From Lytechinus pictus (taxonomy: Eukaryota), in assembly GCF_037042905.1 (NCBI RefSeq), contig NC_087251.1:25236001-25300000 (forward strand): DNA of 64,000 bases. The letters run 5' to 3'. Shown here piece by piece: positions 63,480 through 64,000 of the stretch. The position numbers and the translations under genes were made by a program. Under the pieces are notes generated by a model that was given only the letters and a program-made list of their open reading frames with translations, made no database searches and was not told where the DNA came from. Position 1 is the stretch's first letter, and every line of letters starts with the position of its first letter.

Positions 63480-63880
63480 TGTTAGTGATGGTTTGACGAA
63501 AATCTATCAAAGATGATAGATGAAAATCTATCAGAGAAAAGTGAGAATTAAAAAATTATTGAAATTTAAATTTGTGACATCCTATCCGAGCAGTTCCCCC
63601 ATATTTTATGATATAAATTTCAATTTTTTATTGAATACATTTTTCTTTCTTATAGAAGGGAGTGAAATGATATGTCTGGTGATATTTCCACTGCACCATT
63701 AAAATAACTTTTAGAGAGAGAGAAAAAATTTCATTTTGAAGAACTTATCTCACTAAAAATTTGGAGAAGCTGTTCATCTTGAGTGTTTTCACAGAAACTG
63801 CTATTACCACAAAACTTCTACCTCTAATTTAGCATCTTTCTGTCTATTTCCATTCTGTTTTATCATCAATCTTCTGTATG
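63480..63880. mobile_element. Old Kolobok family B-like remnant in the COA6 intron
   Basis: ggtttga.gaaaatc...tttgtgacatc...gagcag motifs as in 20531-21040. Confidence 0.45.
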
Positions 63881-63932
63881 ATTTTTGTTTGTGTGTGTTA
63901 CTTTGTTCTCATGTTTTCTCCTTGAACTACAG

Positions 63933-64000
63933 GCCAAATATTTTCTGAGGAGGAGACACTTTCTAAAATACAAAGATGAATTATCAACAGGAGGATTTAT
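63933..64000 (+). CDS. COA6: COA6 second coding exon (runs off window)
   Basis: ctacag|GCC; AKYFLRRRHFLKYKDELSTGGF fits the COA6 C-terminal W..YF..RR.Y/FLK pattern. Confidence 0.88.

Noticed and set aside
63299..64000. COX6B identity
   Set aside because: R..CWGARD.YF.CL and W..YF.RRR fit COA6; the COX6B FPNQNQTRNCWQNY motif is absent

Overview
This is AT-rich eukaryotic (metazoan) genomic DNA; the repeat repertoire suggests an echinoderm such as a sea urchin (inference). I could assemble three spliced protein-coding genes by hand: (1) a 10-coding-exon polypeptide GalNAc-transferase of the GALNT7 type (+, 15628-27760, 669 aa); (2) the NatC catalytic subunit NAA30/MAK3 (-, 4 coding exons, 46972-37198, 370 aa), convergent with GALNT7; (3) cytochrome c oxidase assembly factor COA6 (+, from 63299, running off the window), divergent from NAA30. 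A probable first exon of a fourth, unidentified gene lies on the - strand near 3.8-4.06 kb. Introns and intergenic DNA are packed with non-autonomous DNA transposons, many with intact TIRs and target-site duplications (Kolobok-like TTAA MITEs, hAT, Tc1/mariner, Harbinger, Academ, MULE-, Merlin- and CACTA-like). Several are nested up to three deep. There are also tRNA-SINEs, truncated LINEs, microsatellites and a higher-order minisatellite. I see no prokaryote-type system (no CRISPR, no operon) and cannot claim a new biological system. The best leads are a 3.3-kb Academ foldback carrying arrayed AGGTCA DR1/IR1 motifs inside a TE stack that separates two divergent promoters, a hAT element carrying a GC-box/CCAAT minisatellite, and a perfect 25-bp-arm palindrome. 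All calls were made by eye; no searches were run.
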